A DNA stretch of 64,000 bases from Selaginella moellendorffii (Eukaryota > Plantae > Lycopodiophyta): contig NW_003314382.1 in assembly GCF_000143415.4 (NCBI RefSeq), positions 366,105-430,104 of the forward strand. Direction: 5' to 3'. This document shows, piece after piece, positions 11,092 to 21,852 of the stretch. Below the pieces are notes generated by a model, which did not search any database, was not told the DNA's origin, and saw only the letters and a program-made list of their open reading frames with translations. Both the position numbers and the translations under genes were made by a program. Positions within the stretch are counted from its first letter, which is position 1, and every line of letters begins with the position of its first letter.

Positions 11092-13441
11092 GGTACATTC
11101 CCTTCAACACTTTGTGGTGATAATTTGGTGATAGTCTTATTTCCTTTATTAAATTTAATGTTCATGAATTAAGTCTGCTTTAAGGGCTCAAGGTTATACA
11201 ATTTTTACCATAACGGTATAAATCAAGCTTTCTTCTATACATAGTTTAGATGTAAATAATATATAGGAAAATTGATAAGGATAACTAAAACACTTTATCT
11301 CTCTCTTCAGCAATTGCTTGATAAGGATGTATATTCTCCAATATCCAACATGATTATATTTGCAACAATATTAAGCAAATTATTTATTATTTATTATCCA
11401 TCACCAGTTCTTCTTTTGTAAATGGCTTGTTTTTATGTTCAATAGTGATTTTTCTATCTCCAAATAACTTGTTTTCTGTTATTTCATTCACCCTTCATAG
11501 ATTTTTATCTTCCAAATAACCAGTTTTGTAGTTTCAAAGCCTTAGTAAACTTTCACTTTGCATTTTGATTTTTCCTTTCTCTTTGCATTTCCTTATATTT
11601 ATTTCAATTATTCTTAAAAAATCCTTGTAACAATAGTTTGACAATACTTTTTTCAAAACCTCTCTTATAATTATTTAATCACTAAAGTAAAAATTAATAG
11701 CTCGGAAAAGCATATAACCTTGCAAGTGAATCAAGCTCCTTAAATGGTTTAAGGATCCATTTATTACCTTTTGTATTATATAATACTAATACAATGTATG
11801 GGGTAATTTGTTTTAATAGAACATGAAGGACAATTTAATTCACTTGATTCCATTTATAGCAACTAATAAAACTTCTTTCGCAATCGCAATTTAATTTCTC
11901 ACAAAAATGTAATGATTTCTTTAAATAGAGTGTTTATTAATTCATCTTTGATAGAGATAAATTTCAAATACTTATCACAGTCTCACATGCTTAAAAAAAC
12001 TTAATATAGATGTGCTCAAAAAGAAAAATATACAAACCTTCAAAATAGACATGATTATTTTAAGCATGATTATTTTAATTAGCCCTTTTGCATGATTTTA
12101 CTTTCAAAGATTTAATTAAAAGTCATTACTGGCTATTAAAAGGTATAAATCAGATAGTTTTTATAAGGTATTATATCTTAAATACTCTTTTTTATGTAAA
12201 AAGATAAAGCTATAAAATCACATATTTTTATTTAATAAAACTCATCTTTTAAATATAAAAGAAAATTAGTAATGAAAAAATGGAAGTATCATCTTAATCA
12301 AAATTTGTGTGTAATTATGTAATATGTTTACAGTTGACAAATGGTTCTCATATAATCTTTACTTTATTGGCTATTATATTTTATATTAATGTTAAAGATT
12401 GTTATTGCATTACTTGATAAGTCATATGTGATATTTATATATTTTCTTTACGTTACGCATTGGGTTTACAAAGTTTATAACTTATTTTTAAAAAATTAAT
12501 AAAGTTAATTCTTCTTTAACTTTATCATTATAGCTTTTAATTGCTTCTTTACTCACTTTTTTCTCATGCACCATTTCTTATGCTCATTAAATATTGAAAA
12601 TAATATTTAATTTTATAATTATTAATTTCTTTTAAATTTTATAGTTTTTAAATTGAGTATTTTTCTTTCAAATTTTTTTATTTATTTATGTTATAAAGTC
12701 ATGAGTTCTAACCATGTAACAAAAGTATAGAATAAAATTAAAATAAAAGTTACCAACTATAGTATTTAAATTTTCACTATTTCATTTAGATAATATGACG
12801 TAATTATTGTTTTTAATAATTATTTAATTTTCTGTTTACTAATTTATATATATAGTATATCAATATATTTAAAAACCTTTAGAAAATAAACTATTATCAT
12901 TATAGATTTTTTTATAAATAAAATAAAAGGATTAAAAGTTATTTATAATACAATAGATTTTATGATAAAGCTATATTTAACACCAAAAATAGTAATATAG
13001 CTTATATTCATTCAATAATAATTAAAAAATATATATATTTTTATTATCACTGCTTGAGTTCTTCTTCACTCCATAAACGTCCATAAAAAACATTGTAGTA
13101 ATATATAAAGTCCTCAAAAGATGAAATGATATAGAAATTAAAAGTTTTTAAAAACTGTTGTAGCAAAAAATTATTAATGACTTTTGTCTAATTCATTAAG
13201 TTCGTGTATTTAACAACAACATTATATTTTATTTTATTTGCTAGTTGTATAAACTAATCAAATTTTTAAATATTTACATGATTTTCACAATTATTTACAA
13301 AACTCATCTACAGGTTATCCATTGTTTTAGGGGTACAGATCTACAAAAGTAGAAATAACAAGCTTTTAAGTTTGTTTTATTTGACATTTAAAAATCAAAT
13401 GAAATGGGTGCAGATTTTTTATAAAATCAACTATATACTAC

Positions 13442-13615
13442 TGTGAGGGCCAAGTGTACGGCTACGATGCCGTATACTAATATTAGCGTAGTGGATTTTG
13501 GTAGCCGTCGGATTGGTTTCAATCCGGACCACTCGCTCCTGTATATAAGCTAGGGTTTTTGGGCTAATTGATATGCACATTTCTATATTCCCTTTCTATA
13601 TTCCATGCACTCACA
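13442..13615 (+). repeat. 5' LTR (174 bp)
   Basis: Differs from the 3' LTR by 5 transitions and 1 indel by my count. Confidence 0.95.
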
Positions 13616-13616
13616 T

Positions 13617-13632
13617 TGGTGGAGGTGAGGGG
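13617..13632 (+). promoter_or_regulatory. Primer-binding site resembling the tRNA-Ala 3' end
   Basis: TGGTGGAGGTGAGGGG 1 nt after the LTR; a typical tRNA-Ala complement is TGGTGGAGATGCGGGG. Confidence 0.65.
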
Positions 13633-13848
13633 CACCTTTGATTGTCCTTGGGGAGTGCTTGGATTTGGGATTTCGGTTTAGATCTAGCTTTTGCATTGTC
13701 TAGATCTAGCTTTTTCCATTTCCTTTCTTTTGTTCTTTCCTTTCAGAATTTTGGTTTAGATCTAGCTTTTTGCATTGTCTAGATCTACCATTTCTTTCCA
13801 GCTTTTTGTCATTTCTCTTCTTTTGCTCTTTCTTTTTCATTCATTTTC

Positions 13849-14781
13849 ATGGCCGATCCGCAATCTCCTCCTTTGACTCTAGAGCAGCAGTTGGTTCAAT
13901 TGCTTGATGCTATGCACTTGCAATTGAACAACCAAACTCAATTGATGGCGGCGTTCACGGCACATGGTACAACTCCTCCTGCTTTTGGTGCCAATCCTCG
14001 CGTTCGGCCGGAGTTCTTTCGTGGGAATCCTGGGGATGATGTGTACCATTGGTTCGATCACTTCACGGTGATTGCCACATATCATTCTTGGGATGATGCT
14101 CGACGTTTACATGAGTTCCCCACATGTCTCCAAGGGACGGCATTGTAGTGGTACAATGGATTGAGCGCAGCTACTCGTGGCGATTGGAGTGTTCTTCCGG
14201 ACGTTTTCAAATGCGCCTTCGGACACGCCGACGATTGTGATGATGCCTTCCAACAATTGCATCGTCTTCGCCAAAGGCCATCTAAGTTGGTGATGCAATT
14301 TGGCGTTCGTTTCCGAAGTCTTTTGCTTCGTGCGGAGCCAAATATGTCGGAGCGGATCAAGCTAGGAATGTTGTGGCCAGCACTTCGTCAAGATCTTGTC
14401 GGACTTGTGCATGCACTTGCTCCTGCCACTCTTGACGATGCTCTTCGCTTGGCACAACGTTATGAGACGTCGCCTCTTCCACTTCTTGCTACACGTCCTT
14501 CAGCTCCACTTCCTATGAGTGATGGTCCTGTTCCCATGGAGGTTGATGCTGCTGCTACTCGAGTCCAAGGACAAGGGCGAGGACGTGGTCGTGGCCGTGA
14601 CATTCGTTGCTGGGCGTGTGATGAAGTTGGTCATACTTATCGGCGTTGTCGGCGCTTTCCGGATTGGCGACCTCCATTTCCTGGGTGGAGACCTTGGCGT
14701 CAGCAACGTCCCGTTGGTGCTGCTGCGGTGGAAGGTTTGGATACCGAGGTGCATTCAGGAAACGAGGAGTCGCGCGAGTAA
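13849..14781 (+). pseudogene. gag: gag with premature TAG at 14146-14148
   Basis: PEFFRG..DVYHWF, GPVPMEVDA, zinc knuckle CWACDEVGHTYRRC; the two ORFs share a frame. Confidence 0.88.
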
Positions 14782-15255
14782 TGGAGGGACCTTGCACGAA
14801 TAAGTTAGTGACCCCTCCATCTTTCTTTCGGGAGTATCATCAAGGGGTTCACTCGGCACCGGTTCATCCAATGTTTACTTTCCAAGCTCGTTTTTATAAC
14901 AAGAGGTCTCCTATTCTTCTCTCCGTGTTGGTTGATACAGGTTCGAGTTTATCTTCTATTGCTCGACCTGTTGCTACACGTTGTCGTCTACACTTGCGTC
15001 GTGCGGCGGATCCAGTTTTCATTCTTTATGGCAACGGTCGTACACATGCATGTGCACGAGATGAGGCGGACCTGGTTGTGCGTGTGGGCGATCTCGAGCT
15101 TGAGTTGCAGTCGTTGCGGGTGGTGCCGAGTCAAGCTTTTGACCTCATTCTTGGTATGGATTGGTTGCAGCACAATCATGCCAAGTGTGACTTTGAGGCT
15201 TCTCCCCCTTGTCTCATACTTCTTTATGTTTCATCCATTCCTCTCACTTCCGTAC

Positions 15256-16965
15256 TGTGAGACACAAAATCCCTAGGCCCCAAAGTGGAGCTGGAAGGGC
15301 GCCACGTGGTAGTGGCCGAAGCGAAAACCAAACAAGCGTAACACGTTTGGACTAAAAGTTCCGACTTGAAAGGTTGAGAGCGGGAGTGGAACTCCCAACA
15401 AAGTGCTCGAGGAATGAGCACGAAGCGAGCAATAAGCGAGGCTCCAAAAAGGGACCCAAAGGGACCAACACATGACACGTGGAGGAGTCCGAGATGAACC
15501 TGAGATGGAGTCCGAGATGGAGTCCGAAATGGAGTCCGAGATGGAGTCCGAGATGGACCTGAGATGGAGTCCGAGGTGGAGTCCGAGGTGGACCCGAGAT
15601 GGACCCGAGATGGAGGCCGAGGTGGAGTCCGAGGTGGACCCGAGATGGACCCGAAATGGAGTCCGAGATGGAGTCCGAGATGGACCCGAGATGGAGTCCG
15701 AGATGGAGTCCGAGATGGACCCGAGATGGGACCCGAGATGGACCCGAGATGGAGTCCGAGATGGAGTCCGAGTTGGAGTCCGAGATGGACCTGAGATGGA
15801 GTCCAAAGTCGAGACCGGGACCAAGACCGAGACCGGGACCGAGACCGAGACCGAGATCGGGACCGAGACCGAGACCGAGGCCGAGCCCAAGTCCGAGTCC
15901 GAGTCCGAATCCGAGTCCGAGTCCGAGTCCGAGTCCGAGTCCGAGTCCGAGTCCGAGTCCGGAGCCTGAGAGGGTGAAAGCCCAAAGCGTTCGTCTCCCA
16001 GACCCTGGGGGGTTTGGTGAGCTCCAAAAGTATAGTAGGGGGAGGACTGCAGTGGAGCCAGTTTGGCCAGGAAAGGCCAGTTTGGCCCAGGAAGGCCGGA
16101 CCCAGTGTTGGGTGATGAGCTGCCCACTGGGAAGTCCAAGACTAGAGTGAACACGAACCGACAAGCGGGGTAGCTTGGTGAAGTGTTCAAGAGCCGGCTC
16201 TAGTTCCCTCGGGAGATCGACTGGCCGATGCTCCCAGTCCAAGTGTGGGTGGCACTACCTACTTGGATACCTGTCGTGGCTCAATGGAACCTCGCTCTAA
16301 GCCCATGGCTAGAGCATCTAAAGGTGGAAGGCGGGGAGAGTACCCAGGTGGCTCGCGTAAGGCCACGGTGTTTCGAAATGTTGTCCCAAAGGCCTAGACT
16401 GTGGAAAGGAAGAGGAGTAGTCCTCTGGGGTAGTGACCAAGGACATAGTCGTGTGGTGAGGAAGTCCCCGAGGACCGTAGAACTTAGTGGTTGGGCCTAT
16501 GGGCCTCGATCCAGTGGCAGTGTCGGCAAACACGGCCAGGGGCAGAAAGGGACTTAGTGGGGACTGACAGAGGGATACTAGGGAAGGCTATTCCCCTTGT
16601 CGGTGGGCATCCTAAGGATGCTAAAGAGTGGATCTGAGATGACCACTCATGGATGGTTTACCTAGTCTTGGAGAGCCAAGACTGTGATGCAAGTGGTATT
16701 GGACTACCAGTGTGGCAAAGGTGATTGGGCATGGCCTTAGCGTAACAGGCTGCTATGTCGGTGGTACCTTTGAGTGTCGGTCGTGGGATCGGACACGTGG
16801 AGCACTTGGACCAAGTGCAAATGTTGAGTGGCATGGATGCCATTCTCGGGGCTAGCAAGTCCCAAGTCCTAAATCGGACTTATGGAGGTTGTGATTGAGA
16901 CTCCTCCAAGTGGTCGGAGGTGTGGTTAAGTGACTAAAGTAGAATGGAAAATTTAGTTGCTTACA
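15256..16965 (+). mobile_element. Solo LTR (1710 bp) of a different LTR family nested in pol
   Basis: TGTGAG...CTTACA termini, 5-bp TSD CGTAC (15251-15255 and 16966-16970); shares motifs with the LTR at 60423-61525. Confidence 0.9.
15482..15962 (+). repeat. Tandem array of 11-12 bp GGAGTCCGAGAT/GGACCCGAGAT units grading into 6-bp GAGACC/GAGTCC units
   Basis: Directly visible; source of the low-complexity ORFs here. Confidence 0.95.
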
Positions 16966-19900
16966 CGTACCTCTTCGTCCCTCTACTTCTACCTCTGCTT
17001 CCATTACTTTTGTTCCCCCACTATTTCCTCTTGTGTTTCCATCTTGTTCTGCTCTTCCCTTTTCCGATCCCTCTGATGATTTTTGTGTTGCAGCTGTTGA
17101 CCAGCTCATGAAGGAGTATTCTGATCTCTTTGAATTTGACCTATCGTCTGGGGCCAAGATTGCCACACGTCATCCCATTCCAACCGGGGATGCTCGTCCA
17201 ATCAAGGTTCCTGTTCGTCGTCGGTCACCCAAGGAGATCAAGATTTTACGTGCAAACGTCAAGGAGATGTTGGAGAAGGGTGTTATTCGGAAGTCGCGGA
17301 GTCCTTGGGCATGTGAACCTCATCTTGTGACGAAGCCTGATGGGAGTATTCGTTTCTGTATCGACTATCGTCCGTTAAATGAAGTGACGATCCCGGACGT
17401 GTACCCTCTTCCTCACACTGCTAATCTCTTGGATCGTCTGGGGCGAAGTCGTTGGTTCACCAAGCTAGATCTTGCTTCTGGGTATTGGCAAGTACCGATG
17501 GCTAAAGAAGATATTCCTAAGACTGCTTTTCGTACACCATTTGGTTTGTACGAGTTTTTGGTGATGCCGTTTGGTTTGAACAATGCTCCAGCAACTTTTC
17601 AGCGGATGATGGACAAGGTTCTTTGTGATATGCCGGAGGTGACGGCTGACTTCATTGATGATGTTTTGATCCACTCGGAGGGGACGTGGGAGGAGCATGT
17701 TTGTGATATTTGTAAAGTGTTGGATCGGCTACGCGACGTTGGTTTAAAGCTGAAGCGGTTGAAGTGCGTGTTTGGGTCCAAGGACACAACTTATCTTGGG
17801 TACCGTATTTCTCGTGAGGGTTTGCAAGTTGATCCTGACAAACTTGTGGCTGTTCTAAAGTTCCCTACTCCAAAGTGTGTGAATGATGTGCAACGCTTTT
17901 TGGGTAAGGTGCAGTATCTCGGTCGTTTTGTGGATCATCTTTCCGATCGCACTACACCATTGCGAGCGTTGCTGAAGTCATCAATGTTATCTTTCATCTG
18001 GTCTCCCGATTGTGAGCGGGCGTTCGTGAATCTCAAAGAGCTATTGACGACTCCTCCGGTTTTGGCATATCCTGACTACACTCGACCTTTTATTTTGTGC
18101 GTGGATGCTTCTGACATTGGTCTTGGAGGTGTGTTGATGCAAGAGAGCTCGAGTGTGCCTGGTCAGCGCCATCCCATTGCATACATCAGCCGTACATTAC
18201 AACCAGCGGAGATGAACTACTCCACGACGGAGAAGGAGTGTTTAGCAGCAGTCTGGGGTTTCGAGAAACTTCATGCATATCTACATGGTTCTCGGATGTT
18301 ACTTGAAGGTGACCATGCTGCTGTTACTTCATTATTGAAGCGGAAGAACCTAGTTGGTCGTACGGCTCGATGGGCTTTGAAGCTTCAGATATATGATTTC
18401 GATGTTGTTCATCGCCCAGGGAGTTCTATGGCTGATGCTGATGCCCTTTCTCGAGCTCCTCTTCCTTCTCCACTCACTTCTCATGTTTCTGACGAACCTG
18501 TTGTTCCAGCATCTGTGGATTTTCTAGATGAGGATTCTGTGCCGTCGGCGGTTGCTGTCCTTGACGTTCAGTGTCCACAGGGCGTAGAGCAAGATCTACC
18601 TTCTCTTGATGAGGTTCGCGAGGCTCAAAAGATTGAGCCGTGGATTTGAAGGCTTCGAGATGGGTTTGAGAATTCTGCATCACTTGCTGATGACTTGCCT
18701 TTTCGGCATTTACATTCTCAATATCGCCTTGAAAATGGCCTTCTTTATTTTGTGGGGACGGATCCTACTGATCATTTACGGCTGGTGGTGCCTTTGGTGT
18801 TTATTCCACGGTTTCTCCATGCCTACCATGATTCTACTATTCTAGGTTGGCATATGGGACACCGTTGTGTCACCGAGAAGCTGCGCAGATCTTTCTATTG
18901 GCCAGAGATGCGACGTGATATTATCCGGTATGTGCGTAGCTGCGTTTGGTGCCAAGCTCGTAATACTCCCCCTTGTGCTGCGGAAGGACGGTTGGAGTCA
19001 ATTGCAGTTTCTCGTTCGTTTGAGTTGGTGGCGTTTGATCTTATGGGACCTTTTCCGCGATCAACTGTTGGCAATGAGTATGTTATTATTGCTTCTGACT
19101 ACTTGACTCGTTAGGTGGAAGTTGGTGCTCTTGCTAGTGCCTCTGCAACTGTTGTTGGATACTTCCTCCTCAATCGAGTGGTATTCCAGCATTCTTGTCC
19201 AGAGCGGATTCTTTCGGATAATGGTCCTGCATTTATGGCTGAGGTATTTCATGTTTTGACATCTCGGTTGGGGATACACCACACTTTTACGAGTGCTTAT
19301 CATCCACAATCAGACGGTCTGGTGGAACGGCTCGTTCGGACATTCAAAGGGATGATTGCGAAGTATGTGAACTTTCAACATTCGGATTGGGATGGTTATT
19401 TGCCGTCTCTTCGGTATGCCTATGTCACAAGGGTGCAGAGTTCTGTTGGTGCTTCACCATATAAACTTCTATATGGTCATGATCCAATATTACCAACTGA
19501 GCTGGGTTTACCTTCGCGATTGCCACGAGCTCCTGATGCTAGGTCATAGGATCAATATTTGACAAGCATTCTTCCACTTGTCCGAGCAGAGTCTGCTGAA
19601 CACTTAGGCCGCGTACAAGTGAGACAACAACGGCGCTATAATTCCCATCATCGTCCACCTGCGGAGTACAAAGTGGATGATTTGGTGTTAGTCCGTTTTC
19701 CCCATCTTACGGTACGTGGTTTATCTAAGAGGCTCCTTGCGCAGTGGAAAGGACTGTATCGGGTGTTGCAGCAAGTTGGACCACAAGTTTATGAGGTTCA
19801 GCATGACGTTCAGCAGGCCGATCCTCCGGAGATTGTGCATGTGCAGCGGTTAAAACGCTTCATACAAAGGGATCAGGAGCAGTTAATACCATCTATAGAT

Positions 19901-19992
19901 CCACCAATGCCTCCTCCTGACGTTCCTCCAGATCCCGGCCCATCTACAAGAGAACCCTGACAGCCTTCCATTATTCCGAGAGGAGGGGATGA

Positions 19993-20165
19993 TGTGAGGG
20001 CCAAGTGTACAGCTACGATGCCGTATACTAATATTAGCGTAGTGGATTTTGGTAGCTGTCGGATTGGTTTCAATCCGGACCACTCGCTCCTGTATATAAG
20101 TTAGGTTTTTGGGCTAATTGATATGCACATTTCTGTATTCCCTTTCCATATTCCATGCACTCACA
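19993..20165 (+). repeat. 3' LTR (173 bp), preceded by PPT GAGAGGAGGGGATGA
   Basis: Match to the 5' LTR; followed by CTAC. Confidence 0.95.
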
Positions 20166-21369
20166 CTACCAGTTAGTGGTTTGGAAATAAGAAATATTTT
20201 GAAAGGTTTTAGATTTGGTAGAAAAAATATAGCCAATATTATATAGAATTTATGCCAGAAGGCCCTAACACCATTGAGGCCTGAATGTTATGGCTAAAAA
20301 AATTGGTAGTAGTTTCTAGCATTATTTCAGTGATGCTACTAGACTAAAGGGGATCATGCGATATCTATCTGCTCTGAACATAGGATGATTGGACAAAGAA
20401 AATAGGAGCTTATTCATCTAAAAAATGAAAGCATTAAAACTACAACATGATAAAATCGATTCATGAATACATTCACACAAGATAGCTTCATCTATATACG
20501 TAGTTTAGTACTTACAATAAATCAGACAAGAAACAGAGGAAAGGTGGAGCTCATTGTCGCTGGGGATCTTGTCACTCCCATTGTAGATCAACACAGAAAG
20601 TGAGACGTGAAATTCATGCAAGCAGTGACGAACACTTTCCTTGAGTAGAAATGCATGCCTCAGTGTCTCCACCAAAACATTGCGGGGGAGCTGAGAGGAT
20701 TCCCATAGAAAGGCTTCACCTCGGCATCCCAAGAGAAATCCACAGTTGACCCAGATCCCCCAAAGAGATGGGCATTTGCTGCTGGAGGGAGCTTTTGTCG
20801 AGCAGCTGAAACTTCTTCTCAAACTCGCGCATCCGCGCCTAGCACTCATGATCTGACCACGCATACCAGTGATCGTCACTTAGGTTCGGTGCCCCATCAT
20901 TAACCGCGTGGTGGCAACAATTCCCATGCTCCCGAAAGCACCCGTGATTTTTCATGGCCCAGATGACGCGAAAGAGGTTGTTCTTTGCTGATCACCACCT
21001 TTTTGGAGAAGCCGGCTTGGTCCTATACATGAGTTTCTCCCCTACAAGCAATTGTCATATCGCCATCCAGCTTTAAGAGTCCAGCGTTTTCACCCTCCTG
21101 GGATTCTCCTCCTCGCTCGAGAGATTCCAGCGAGTACACCTCGAAGGGATCTTTTCAGCCAAAGCCTTGTTTCGCTCCGCCGCTGCCGAGATGCCGATGC
21201 TCACGCTTGAGAGCGCATAGAAATTCATGGCCTAAAGAGTAAAAAGTGAGAGAACCAAGGTGTCGTCCAAGTCCACAAACACGGCCATGATTTAAGACTG
21301 CGCCATCTAAATAAAACAATTAATCAAACATTTTATTTAAACAATCCATTTTTCTGGAACATTCTAGCT

Positions 21370-21615
21370 CTAGAACGGAATGGCACTCGCAACCCGCGGG
21401 TACACCACTCTCACCGGATGCCCCATGATCCTGCGCCCCTTGAAGTGGCGAAACGGATAGATGATCGCTCCCAGGGGCCACTCCACCACAGCCGCGATCG
21501 CAAACGCAACAAATCCTAGCGTCGGCCCGACTACCTTGACATGGCAAGGATTCTGCCGAGTGCCGCACTCCACACAAGTCGGGACCCTGTGCCTGCGAGT
21601 CGTCACTGTTGCCAT
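21370..21615 (-). CDS. Small conserved CxxC/transmembrane protein, copy 1 (81 aa)
   Basis: CVECGTRQNPCHVKVVGPTLGFVAFAIAAVVEWPLGA..KGRRIMGHP..VYP..IPF; resembles an uncharacterised land-plant family; four paralogues in the window keep the frame. Confidence 0.85.
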   Translation of the reverse strand: MATVTTRRHRVPTCVECGTRQNPCHVKVVGPTLGFVAFAIAAVVEWPLGAIIYPFRHFKGRRIMGHPVRVVYPRVASAIPF

Positions 21616-21852
21616 TTCCACCCACTAAATTGATCGCTGCTGGCGAAATTCCAGGATAGAAGAAATCCCTCACAAACTTCACACTCGCACAAGACTCAAA
21701 GAGACTTTCAGAGAAAAAATTTGAAGATCTTCCAAATGGGGCCTTGTTTTATACTCGATGAGATTGCTCTACGTGTAAAGGTCGCTGGTGTAGCGCTAAC
21801 ACTGCCACCTGTCGCTTGCATCGTGGCAACTCGTCCTCGCGCCAAAGTAGCT

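Larger units (their letters stand above)
14757..19960 (+). pseudogene. pol: pol (PR-RT-RNaseH-INT) in the -1 frame, split by a solo LTR and three stops
   Basis: LVDTGSS; FCIDYRPLN, MPFGL, FIDDVLI; DASDIGLGGVL; HHCC, SDNG, YHPQSDGLVER. Stops at 18647, 19112 and 19547. Removing 15256-16970 restores the PR-RT frame. Confidence 0.92.
13442..20165 (+). mobile_element. Full-length non-chromovirus Ty3/gypsy LTR retrotransposon, inactivated
   Basis: LTRs 13442-13615 and 19993-20165 (TGTGA...TCACA), CTAC on both flanks, PBS and PPT present, order gag-PR-RT-RH-INT, no chromodomain. Confidence 0.95.

Noticed and set aside
11100-13440. Genes or structured elements in the very AT-rich tract
   Set aside because: No ORFs, termini or repeats that I could support; probably old TE debris.
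15482-15962. CRISPR-like array
   Set aside because: Contiguous short repeats with no unique spacers, in eukaryotic LTR context.
15224-16242. Long ORFs rich in RT, SD, GL and ES repeats on both strands
   Set aside because: By-products of the tandem array in the solo LTR.
18631-18642. miR171-like GATTGAGCCGTG
   Set aside because: Only 12 nt, inside pol coding sequence, no hairpin.
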